From contig NC_087437.1 in NCBI RefSeq assembly GCF_036321535.1, positions 71,488,001 through 71,552,000 of the forward strand: a stretch of DNA of 64,000 nucleotides. The letters are read 5' to 3'. Positions 25,875 to 36,853 of this stretch are shown here, piece after piece (position 1 is the stretch's first letter; each line of letters starts with the position of its first letter). Under the pieces are notes generated by a model that saw only the letters and a list, made by a program, of their open reading frames with translations, was not told the DNA's origin and did not search any database. The stretch is from Camelus dromedarius (Eukaryota). The translations under genes were made by a program, and so were the position numbers.

Positions 25875-26089
25875 AGCAGTTACCAATTTTTAAATTCACT
25901 TTTAAAACCTTTTTATTTTAAAATAATTACAGACTCAAAAGGAGATACACAGTATAGAGTCCATGAGTTCTTCACCCAGCTTCCCCCAAAGGTGGCATCT
26001 TTTATAACTGTAGGACAGTACCAAAACCAGGAAGTTGACATGCATTAACCAGTCTTTTAATTCATCTTTTTACTAATTTTTTCCATTCT

Positions 26090-26280
26090 CTGTGCTGTCC
26101 AATACAGTAGCCTCTAGCCAAAAGTGGCCATTTAAATTACTTAAAATATATAAAATTAAAAAACTAATTCCATGATCTCACTAGCCATGTTTCAAATGCT
26201 TAAGAGCCGCCTGTGACTAATGGTGACTTCATGGACAGTGTGGTTTCCATTGAACAGAGTCTTTTTGGACAGCCCTGTTC
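26090..26280. mobile_element. MER3-like hAT-Charlie MITE
   Basis: Termini 'ctgtgctgtccaatacagtagcc' and 'ttggacagccctg' are inverted repeats; internal 'ctcactagccatgtttcaaatgct'. Confidence 0.7.
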
Positions 26281-26697
26281 TAGACTGTATTCATCCTTAT
26301 TTCTGCAATTCCTAGGCAGTGTAAGTACTCAATCCATACTTGAATGGTTGAGTCTAGACCTACCCTCTTGCTTTACATATGAAGAAACTTAGGCCCTAGG
26401 TTATGGTAAATAAAATGAAATCTAGGTATTGAGTAGCAAGTTTAGAGGTAGAGTTCGGGTTTCCTATTTCCAAGTTCACTGGTCTTTCCATGTGAACCCT
26501 ACTTTGTGAGCTCATCAATTTATATCAGTTTTAGAAGAAGGAGTGTTAAAGTGATGTAATATTTCTCAGACTTCGGGGTATATGAGAATTAACTAGGCAG
26601 CTTGTTAGAACTGCATATTCCTGGCACACTCCCTCTCATGTTTTTGATTCAGTAGGTCTGGGGTGGAGTATAGGAATCTGTATTTTAAACATATTGT

Positions 26698-26803
26698 GGG
26701 GGTGGAAGTATAGCTTAGTGGTAGAGTGCTTACTTGGCATGCACAAGGTCCTGGGTTCAATCCTCCGTGCCTCCATTAAGGGAAAAATAAAAAATAAAAT
26801 AAA
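26698..26803 (+). mobile_element. tRNA-derived SINE (camelid Vic-1-like)
   Basis: A box 'tagcttagtgg', B box 'ggttcaatcc', A-rich tail; TSD taaacatat (26686-26694) / taaacacat (26804-26812). Confidence 0.88.
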
Positions 26804-26814
26804 TAAACACATGC

Positions 26815-29000
26815 TTAATCAAGACTGTGTGGCAATACTGTAAGGATAGATTGGAATAGAGAGCAATAGAATAGAGAGCCTAGAAATGGAATTGCACTTA
26901 TATGGATATTTGATTTTTAACAAAAATATCACTGAAGAAAGGACATCTTTTCAACAAATGGTGTTGAAACAACTAAATGTCCATATGGGTGAAAAAAAGA
27001 ACTTTGACCCCTTCCTCATGCCATAAATAATATGGATCATTGACCTAAATATAATGATTAATTAATTTATAATTATAAATCTTCTAGAAGCAATGATGGG
27101 AGAATATCTTGAGGATTGGTAAGGGTATTTTGGACGAGATACAAAAAGAAATGATCATAGAAGAAAAATTTGTTAAGAAAAATTGATGTTATACTTCATC
27201 AAGAAATTTTGTTCACCAAAAGACACAATTGAGAGAATGCATAGACAAGCTACATAATGGGACAGAGTATTTTAAAATATATTTCAAAGGACAAGTATCC
27301 AGAAGATATAAATAACTCAGAATATATAAAGACTTCCTATAAATTAATAATAAAAAGGTATACAAGCCAATTAAAAAGCTGGTAAAAGAAATGAGTAGAT
27401 AAAAGAAGTTCTACAAATGGTTTATTATGCACGTAAAAAAGCATTCAGTATTATCAGTCATCCAGGAAGTGCAAATTAAACTATAATGGAATACCACTAT
27501 ATACCGACCAGCATGGCTAAAATTAATAGACAGGAAAAGCCCAGTGTTGGTGAGGCTGTGCAGCAACCAGAACTCTTCCACCATTGTGGATGGAAGTGCA
27601 AAATGGCACTATCACTCTCAGGAAAGTGTGATAAATGTTCTTTACATAAGTCTTTTTGTAGATACAGTTTTTCATTTCTCTTGGATCAATACCTTGCAGT
27701 GAAACTGCAGTTGATAAGCAGTTCCACTCCTAGGTATTTACCTGAGAGAAATGAAAGACTATATCCACAAAAAAGACTTAAACAACAACGTTCTTTTTTT
27801 TTTTAATTGAAGTCTAGTTGATTTACAATGTTGTGTTAGTTTCTGTTGTACAGCATAGTGATTCAATCATACATATATATGTATTCTTTTTCACACACTC
27901 TTTTATTACAGGTTACTACAAGCCTTTGAATATATAGTTCCCTGTGCTATATCATTAGACTTTGTTGTTTATCTATTTTATATATAGTAGTTTGTATCTG
28001 ATAATCCCAAATTCCTAATTTATCCCTTCCCCCCCTTCCCCTTTGGTTACTAAGTTCATTTTCTGTGTCTGTGAGTCAGTTTCTGTATTATAAATAAGTT
28101 CATTTGTCTCATTTTTTTAGATTCCACATGTAAGTGAAATCACATGATATTTGTCTTTCTCTGTCTGACTTACTTCACTTAATACGATCATCTCTATGTC
28201 CATCCATGTTGCTGCCAATGACATTATTTCACTCCTTTTTATGGCTGAGTAGTATTCCATTGTATCTGTACACCACAACTTCTTTATCCAATCATCTGTC
28301 CATAGACATTTGGGTTGCTTCCTTGTCTTGCCTACTGTAAATTGTGCTGCTATAAACATTGGGGTATGTGTGTCTTTTCGATTTGGAGTTTTCTCCAGAT
28401 ATATGCCCAGGAAAGGGATTGCTGGAACATACAGGAACTCTATTTTTAGTTTTTTAAGGAACCTCCATACTGTCCTCCATAGTGGCTGCACCAAACTACA
28501 TTCCCTCCAACAGTGTAAGAGGGTTCCCTTTTCTCCACACCCTTTCCAGCATTTATTGTTTGTATACAACAAAGTTCTTCGGTAGCAGCTTTACTCATAG
28601 TAACCAAAACATGGAAACAGTCCAGGTATCCATCAACAGAAAAATAAATAAACTGTGTTTTAAACTCACACACAGTTATTCATACTCAGAAGTAAAAAAA
28701 GAACCAACTACAACATGAATTTCAAAAACATGCTGAATAAAAAGCTCGACGCAGTAGAATTCTCAATTAGTACATTATAAAGTTCTCTGGTGGAGAGAAT
28801 ACTGGCTGCCTCTGTGAGAACAGGGGAAGGGATTGGTTGGAAAGGGTTGTCAAAGAACTTCTCTGATGATAATAGCATCCTGTACCTTGATAGGGGTTAG
28901 GTCACACAGGTGTATGCATTTGTCAAAACCCATTGAATGTTACACTAAAATTTGTGCATTTTACTTACATGGAAGCTTTACCTCAAGGAGAAAAAACATT
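26815..29000 (+). mobile_element. Old L1 3' portion, interrupted by a younger antisense L1
   Basis: L1 ORF2 remnants 'ttttcaacaaatggtgttgaaacaact', 'gaagtgcaaattaaactataatggaataccactatatacc'. Confidence 0.8.
27796..28565 (-). mobile_element. Younger 5'-truncated L1 (ORF2 C-terminus plus 3' UTR)
   Basis: ORF 28117-28572 reads as the L1 ORF2 C-terminus ([18 protein letters not shown]...MEYYSAIK); TSD acaacaacgttctt (27782-27795) / acaacaaagttctt (28566-28579). Confidence 0.92.
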
Positions 29001-29544
29001 TTAAAAGATGTGATTTTGATGCAAGTGATCTGAAGATCACACTTTGAGAACCACTGAGTTTGACTTATTTCAGAAATAATTCTTTCTTACCATGAAAAGT
29101 AATTTATAGATTACTAATATAACATTTTGACAATTTTCTTTAAAAATTCATGACACCTTAAAAGGTATTTTCATATTTAGTTATATAAATATTGTATTAA
29201 AAGTGCCATTTTATTATTAGTAGGTTAATTAATAACTGGACAAGGATTTATGACAGTATTACATAGTTCTTTATTCCAATAAATGTTCTTTTTCAGTGTT
29301 AGGAATGCAATTTTACTATCTGGAGAAGTTGGACATGGAAATAATTTTGCATTGAATTAGATTAATTGAATTGGTAAAAATGTTTTTGAGATGGGTATTT
29401 AGGAGGACATTTGGTAAACTGGATGATTTTGATTTGCACTTGCATTCCTCTTTCAGTAAACTACTGGTTTTCAGCCCAGTGCAGTTTATTAAATGTGTTC
29501 ACTTATGTGATAGGCCTCTGGTGTCATTTACTTTAAGATTCTAG

Positions 29545-29704
29545 ATGTTTAAAAAATTAAAACTTTTACTTAACTGCGTCTTAATTGTAACGTGAATCCA
29601 CAAACCTTCAAAAGTGCTGCAGCGGAACAACTGGAACTGTGCTACTAATGACCAAATGCTGACTCAGATGGGTACAAGGCACATCTGACGTTACTGGTTT
29701 GTAG
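29545..29704 (+). other. USF3: Candidate second non-coding 5' UTR exon of USF3 (acceptor uncertain)
   Basis: Non-repetitive block with several CpGs ending in donor TAG|GTAAAA at 29704/29705; the position fits my recollection that human USF3 has two non-coding exons. Confidence 0.35.
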
Positions 29705-29799
29705 GTAAAATCATCTGGTCAACTGTCTTCCATGTCCCAAACAATCTCTCCTACATTAGACTATTAGTCAGGTGCCTGAAATTTCACCAAAGATACCTG

Positions 29800-30150
29800 C
29801 TTGTGCTTCCTAATTAACCTGATGAGAACCACCTGGGGGCACTTACTGAATTTCAGACCCCTCCCTTAGAGGCTGGAATTCCCTCCTTAGAGACTGACTC
29901 AACGGGTCTGGGATGGGCTGAGAATTTTTATTTTTTAACTAGTACCTTCAGGTAATTCTTATCGTCCAGAATGTTTAGGAAACATTGCCCTAAAGTAGAA
30001 CTAAGTTTCTCAAACTTTTTTTTTGTATTGAAAAAAAAAAAAAGGAAGAAAAAAGAAAATCACCCAGATGTCTTGTCGAAAATACAGATTCCTAGGCATT
30101 ACCTAGCACTTGTCATTTGTCTGAGATGAAGCCTGCAAATCTGCATTTTT
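29800..30150. mobile_element. Two adjacent MER5-type fragments
   Basis: 'gagaaccacctggggg...gactcaacgggtctgggatggg...caggtaattcttat' and 'tttctcaaactt...aatcacccag...aaatacagattcctagg'. Confidence 0.55.
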
Positions 30151-32141
30151 TTTTTTTTTGGAGTACATACAGTGTACAGATCTGAGAGCTGTCTTCCTAG
30201 TGCCTTAGAGGAAGGTCCATGAGTAAGTTTTCAGTCACTCTCACAAGAGAGAATGGGGAAGTAGGAGATTGAAGGAAAGATAATTTTAGAATTGAGGACA
30301 ATTAGAGTAAGAGCTAGGTAGAGGGCAAGGAAAACCTAAGGACAGGGAGCATGCATAAGAAAGGAGAGACTCACCCCCTGGAGACTGTCCAATGGCTGCA
30401 GTACTACCTCTTTGTGGGGGTGGAGCATGCATTTACCCACTGGGAAGTGACTTGAAAGCAACTAAGGTTCATCAGCCTTCAGGTGGTGGGGAGAATTCAG
30501 GATCATCCTTCATACCATGGAAAATTTGCCTGCCAAGGTTGCCAGTCCTTGTTTCACATGCTGCTAATGGAAACCTATAAACATTCACTGATTTTTCTCT
30601 TGTGTAGTAAGAAGAAGACATAACTTATAGACCATCTTCTGGCAGAAGATGATAGATTTGGATCAGAAACGGGAGGCGTTGGAAGCCAGGAGTCAAAAGT
30701 GAAGAAATTCTGCAAGCCTGTGGGTGAGAAAGAGGACAGGGATTGATTTATTTACTCACGTGTCCCACATTATCAGTATATGGTTAGCTAATGTGAACTC
30801 CTATGGGACTTCATAAACGTTACGGAGAAGGTGGAATTAGCTGCTGGAAGTGGATTAAGAGCACTCATTTCTCCTCAGTCTGCTCCAGTCGGGACCTTAT
30901 CTGCATCTACTTCTGCTTCTTTCCCAGGACCCTTCCCCTCCTTTCTAGAGCTAAAGCCATACCTGAAATACCTCCTCACTATTCATGGCTGATGTTGACT
31001 GAATTCTTACCCCTGCGAGGCGCCAGGCTGCTGTGCTCTCCCTGCATTATTTCATTCCTTTCTCAAAACAACCCTATGATCTAGATCCTGGGATTATGAT
31101 CCGTTTTATAGATGACACAGCCGAGATTCCAAGAGGTTACAAGGCTTGCCCAGGACCTCACAGCTAGGAAAAGGCAGAACTGGATTTTGAACTCACGCTG
31201 ACTTCACTTCCATACTTGTTGCCTTCTTTTTCTCTTAGAGAGAAAATGGGAACATACACCTGCACCTCCTTGGGTGTATCAGAGCAGGCATCCCACCTGG
31301 ACAGACCTCTTTTGAAAGGCTGTCAAGCCCTGGGATTTAATCCCAAGCATTAAAATTGTCATTACAAAATTTTTGCAAAGCAGAAAAGGAAAAGAGGTCA
31401 CTTATAATATTCCTGACCTTATTTAAATATGATTACTATTTTAATGTATTTGCTTTCAGGCTTTTCTGGCATCAGTGTATATTTCCCTGTAGTGCATACA
31501 TGCTTTACTATCATGATATTTTAAATAGAAATAGAATTTTCATTCTCAAACTCAGATTTTAATGATTCTCCAAAGATAATGTTTAAGACTTCTAACAGTT
31601 TAAAGGAAGCCTAGCGAATGAGGGAATGAATGAGTGAATGAATGAATGCCTCCATGTATGGAATATGACATGTTTGTGCACGTGTCACTTTTATTTTTTC
31701 TGTGTACAGAGAGGAGGATCATTGTTTTAAATTTTGTGTCACGAACAAACAGTATCATGATTAAAGAATATACTCTCCCAGCTCAAGTATGTTTTACCTG
31801 TCTTTCCAGGTCTTGCTCAAACCTACACCCTCTTTAGGCTTTTCTTGATTTCCAAGCCTATAATGATCTTTCTCTCCTCCAATCTTCTCAAGCACTTTCT
31901 GGCTATACGTCACATTTGACATTCATCATGTTCTCCATCTGCTAGTTATATTTCTTGTCCTGTTTTCTTATACTTTCTTCTATCCATACCACGTAGTATA
32001 GTGCTTTTTCACAGTATCACTTTTATTTTTCTAGCATCTTGATACTCAAGTTGCTATTAATCCATTTCTTTAAGATACTAGAATGACTTTAAACTTTCTG
32101 ATATGTCTTTCCCTACCTTGCAGGTTCCTATCACTGTAACC

Positions 32142-32188
32142 ATGCCAGAAATGACAGAAAATGAGACTCCTACAAAAAAGCAGCACAG
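32142..32188 (+). CDS. USF3: USF3 coding exon 1 (MPEMTENETPTKKQHR); exon begins at 32124
   Basis: Acceptor ccttgcag| at 32123, ATG in 'aaccATGc', donor CAG|GTATGA; peptide matches the USF3 N-terminus as I recall it. Confidence 0.93.
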
Positions 32189-33001
32189 GTATGAAGACAC
32201 AGTCCAAAAATAATGTTGTTTTGGCAGATAAGAAACTGAGTGAGTCCCCATTTCACTGAACAGGTAGTTCTTAGGGAACTTTCACTGAGATGCCTAGAAA
32301 ACCATTACTCTTCAAAAACAGATGTGGATAAATATAAATAGATTTACTGAAAGGGAGTATGTAATTAAAATTTACCTGTCCTTTTAATTCTACTAGCAGT
32401 ATAGCAAGTCATATGACTATCAGTAGTTAAAATAATATGATACCTAATGCACACTAAATGTTTTGTTTCTCCTGAAGTTTTCACTTGCATTCAATATTAG
32501 TCTTTGTGGTAGATGCTAAGTTCATTTAGGCTGAAGCCAGTCTGAATAGACATTTTTGTGACATTACAAACCATTAATGCCAATGTGCACATCACAGTAT
32601 GCACATTACAATGTTAATTCTGGTTCTTTATATAATATATCCTTGAGAATTTCTCGCATTTTGGGCAGTGTTTCTGCTTAGAATTGCATGGCCAATGCCT
32701 CCATTTTAAAATATTAAAATCACTATTCTCTTTCCTTATCAAATAGCTATTAGAGAATGCTAATGTATTGAGTTATTGTACATAAATGGGAAAATCGGTA
32801 TTTTTAGTAGATTAGCTTTTAAGAAAATGTAAGTGTTTGGAAAATCTCAGGTACAAGAATGCAAAGGATGGCTCAGATGCCAATTGTTAGTGCATAGGTG
32901 CTGGTGGCTGCCACGCCTCCCTCCCTGGGGATTATGAGGTTCCTATACACACTCATCCCTACCCCTGGCCAGATGCCAGAGCAAACATCAGAAATCATCT
33001 G

Positions 33002-33205
33002 CAGTTGACCCTTGAACAACACTGTAGTTAGGGGCACCTACCTCCAAACAGTGGAATATCATGTGTAATTTGTAGTCGACCCTCCTACCCATGGTTCCTC
33101 CATATCCACCAACTGTGGATCCTGTAGTACTGTAGTGTTTACTATTGAAAAAACTCCGTAAGTAGACTCATGTAGTTCAAACCCATGTTGTTCAAGAGTC
33201 AGCAG
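33002..33205. mobile_element. MER8/Tigger2-type Tc-mariner MITE
   Basis: TIRs cagttgacccttgaacaaca ... tgttgttcaagagtcagcag followed by TA. Confidence 0.8.
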
Positions 33206-33542
33206 TACTTGCCACATCACTTTGAGAGCTGACTAGCTCCTTAATTACATTTTCCACATAGGTAAGGTTTTTAATGATTGACTTACTTCCCAGCTGATGG
33301 GTATGGAAAAATAGAGAATTGTAGTTATTTTTAGAAATTGTGGATTCAAAATTTATATTGCTGTATCTGCAGTTAGATTTTTATACCATAATATGTATTA
33401 AGAAAATTTTTCTTCAAATGGCTTCTTATTGATGCAACAAATACAAATTCATAAAATTAATTTTAATGGTTCTCAAAATATAAAGTGGTAAAATCTTTTC
33501 CTGTAATTTTCATGTTTCTTTTATCTATACTTTTTGTTTCAG

Positions 33543-33571
33543 AAAGAAAAACCGGGAGACACACAATGCAG
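33543..33571 (+). CDS. USF3: USF3 coding exon 2, 29-nt micro-exon (KKNRETHNA, basic region)
   Basis: Long pyrimidine tract plus ttcag|, donor CAG|GTAGAA; phases (2 in, 1 out) join the flanking exons in frame. Confidence 0.92.
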
Positions 33572-35485
33572 GTAGAAACAACAATTTAAATTTTATTTAT
33601 TTCCATTTGTTGCGTTCAAAATGAAATTATGCTTCAGTTGATTATGTTCTTATGTTATAAGCACAGAACCATTATTCATTATGTTTTAAGAAAGTGTTCC
33701 TTATTGTTTCTTTTTGCATTTTTAAAAATTGAAGTATACTTGATATATAATATTATGTAAGTTACAGCTGTACGACATAGTGATTAACAATTTTTAAAGG
33801 TTGTATTCCATTTATAGATATTATAAAATATTGGCTGTAGTCCCTGTGTGGTACAATGTATCCTTTTAGCTTATTTATTTCATATATAATTGTTTGTACT
33901 TTATTGTTTTTAATTGACAAAATGCTCCCTAAATCTCATGAGGATAGATTCCTTATCATCTTCTGATTCATCGTCTATTCAGATAATTTAAGGATTGATA
34001 TAACCCTGGAGCTAGTGTTTTAAGTGATTTCACCCTCTTAGGAATTCCAGATGTACTTCTCCTGAATAGAATGAAGAGTACATGTCTCTGAGGAAATTAT
34101 AGAGGGACTGGTTACCTACAGGAGTAGGAAGGAAATGAGCAGCAAGCTGTAGATCTTAAAGATACCTGAAATGTGAATAGTCTTAAATTAAGCTGTGGAG
34201 TCCTCAGTTAAATTTTAGAGTTTATTTCTATTACTCTGTAAATAATATCTTCCCTTCACTAAGGAAAGGACCCTTTGGATTTTTTTTTTAAATCTGTGGA
34301 AAGATATGTTGAATACTGGTGGGATATTGCTATTTTCCAGAGAGTTTCTGCCTTTGAATTCCCCTTCATCACTGTGGATAGAGTATTAATGTTGTTACTG
34401 TTTTTTAACCTACATGCACTAAAAAATCGGCTCTTAGATAACAACAAATACTATTGTTAGAGAATTGAGAAGAAAAGTGAGCTATACTTTATTGCTTTGG
34501 GGTTTTTTTGTTTTTTGTTTTTTTTGGCCATATAAATAACTCTAATTTTTTTGGCCATGTGAACTAAATTTTATGATTGGAATCGAATGTCACAGGGGGC
34601 CATAAATATGACCTGATAGTAATTTATTAAGAGGGAGTAAATCAATGTCATCGAAAAGGATGTCCTTACTGCTAGATTATAAAGTAAAAAGTATATATTT
34701 TACAAAACAAAACCTACTTATGCTACAGTCTGAAAACTCATCCTCTTAGAAGCACTAAAATCCTTTGTTAAAAGGAAGATTTTAGAAAACTAACAGAAAA
34801 TAGCCAAGACTAATTTTTCTGTTTACAGTGTATTATAGAAACTATTTAGATCATTTATTGTATCTTTTTGCCCCTTTCACACAACCTTTTAAATTGTCGC
34901 ACACAAGCTTGGAACATTTCTCATTTAATTGAGAAGTTGTCAGTTGTCCCAGTTTCTTAGATGGGAAAATCAGACATGGCCAAAATGAATAGCCCAGACC
35001 CCCTATTTAAGTCACAACTAATAGCTGTTACTATTCCAAAAATGCCTTCTGGTCATAGCCTAGAAGGTATTTTAAGGTTTTTTAATCTGTCTAGAAAGGT
35101 ATATAAAGAAGCAGCTTTCTAGTAACATAACTTGTTAGTGAGTTCTTGAAATTTAGTTATTATTCAAGTCTCTAATAATTACTTTAAATATAATAATGGC
35201 CTAACAATATAATATTAGCAATTTTTGTTTATAATTTGAATTTAATTATTATAGGTCCCATTTAAAAAATCCTAATAAAAGTATGGCTTAAATCCATTTC
35301 CATAACACTAGACTTTGAGTATGACATTCTTAGAGATCTTATTGTAGCTGTTTGTATTCAGTAGATACTGCTTGATAAGACTTTCTTAGGGATTTCTTTA
35401 CCTAAAATTTCTTTACCCAGGAAGAATGAGGCACGTTGGCAGTAGTACTGTAAGGTTTGATAAATGGTTTTTCTCTTTTGTCTAG

Positions 35486-35568
35486 TGGAGAGGCATAGAA
35501 AGAAGAAAATCAATGCTGGGATAAACAGAATTGGAGAGCTGATCCCATGTTCCCCTGCCCTGAAACAG
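35486..35568 (+). CDS. USF3: USF3 coding exon 3 (VERHRKKKINAGINRIGELIPCSPALKQ; basic region, helix 1, loop)
   Basis: ttttgtctag| acceptor, CAG|GTAAGA donor, bHLH signature, frame consistent. Confidence 0.95.
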
Positions 35569-36734
35569 GTAAGAGATCCACTCGTACTTTCATTCATTAC
35601 TTGTGAACAGATAATTTCCTAAGTTGTTTCTATGCTCGGAGTGATTATTTTTGTTCCCTGCCACTAATGGTTTTTTGGAGTTAATAATTACCTCATTGGT
35701 TTTCTTTTGCTTAATTTTCCATATACCTGTCTTTAATCTTCCCACACCTCCAACAGTCTTCTGGTACAGTCTTCTACACGATCAAATGGACCATATAATT
35801 TCTAGATCATTAAGGTCTTGAATTAATCAGTCCTGTGATTATATTTATGTATTTGCCACTGTATGTACCAGGGATTTAATTTATTTTCTGCCAGTCATGT
35901 TCTTTACTCTCCTTAAGTTCTTACCTAGACTCTTTTAAGGATCTCCTCCTATTTTATTCCCCATGCCCTGTCAACCTTCACTGGTACTTATATCTCAGTT
36001 TATTAAGGCTAACAGTTCTCCCTAATGAAATAACTCTTTGGTTCTTCTGATAATGATGATAAAGCATGCTCACTGAAAACAGAATAAAACAATATGGAAA
36101 GCATAAAAAAGTTTAAAAAGTAGACATCCTACTCCCAAGTTATAACCACTATTAAAATCTTGTTACACATCTCCCCAGACGTTGCTTTATAAATATATCT
36201 TCATACACACCCAGTGCTGTTTTATAACCTGCTTTTCATTTTCACTCAGTGGGACACATTTTGCTTGTAGATATGATATGATACATATGGCATATGATCG
36301 CCTTCCTTTCCAATGGTTATATGATATTCCATTAAAAATAAGATATCATAATTTGTGTTAGCCTTTTTTGGTTAATTGTTAATTAAAGTAATATATGCAA
36401 AAATTAATATATACACATAGCAAATAGCACTAAAAAGCTAAAAATAGCAAATAGTTTCCTACCTACCTGCTTCCCAACTCTAATATAGCCCCTTGGAGGT
36501 GCCCGTTCTCAAATGTTCCTTCTAGTATTTACCTTTATGTTTCAAAATAACATGCTTAAATCTTTTCTCCATTTTACATATTATCTTTTGACTTTTTATT
36601 ATGCTTTTCCCTTGGCTTCTCCTTGCCTAATCCTTCTAATATAATTGGATCACTTTAGATTAAATCAGTATTCAATTTTCGTGTTGTCAAGACTGTATAA
36701 ATATTGTTTACAGCTGACCCAAGTAATCTACTAT

Positions 36735-36853
36735 TTTTATTTTGGGGGGGATAATTAGGTTTTGTTTGTTTATTAAATGGAGGTACTGGGGAGTGAACCC
36801 AGGACCTCGTGCATGCTAAGCATGCACTCTAACTGTTGAGCTATACTCTCCCC
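36735..36853 (-). mobile_element. tRNA-derived SINE (camelid Vic-1-like)
   Basis: 'ggaggtactggggagtgaacccaggacctcgtgcatgctaagcatgcactcta...gagctatactctcccc', same family as the copy at 25717. Confidence 0.85.

Larger units (their letters stand above)
26560..29056. mobile_element. MER5A-like element split by a SINE and L1 insertions (halves ~26560-26690 and ~29005-29056)
   Basis: Left half ends 'gattcagtaggtctggggtgg...ggaatctgtattttaaac'; right half 'gtgattttgatgc...cacactttgagaaccactg'. Confidence 0.65.

Noticed and set aside
25717..26803. tRNA-like A and B boxes as tRNA genes
   Set aside because: They have poly-A tails and TSDs and are diverged, so they are SINEs.
30633..30651. Palindrome catcttctg-g-cagaagatg
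   Set aside because: 9-bp arms can occur by chance in 64 kb; no supporting context.
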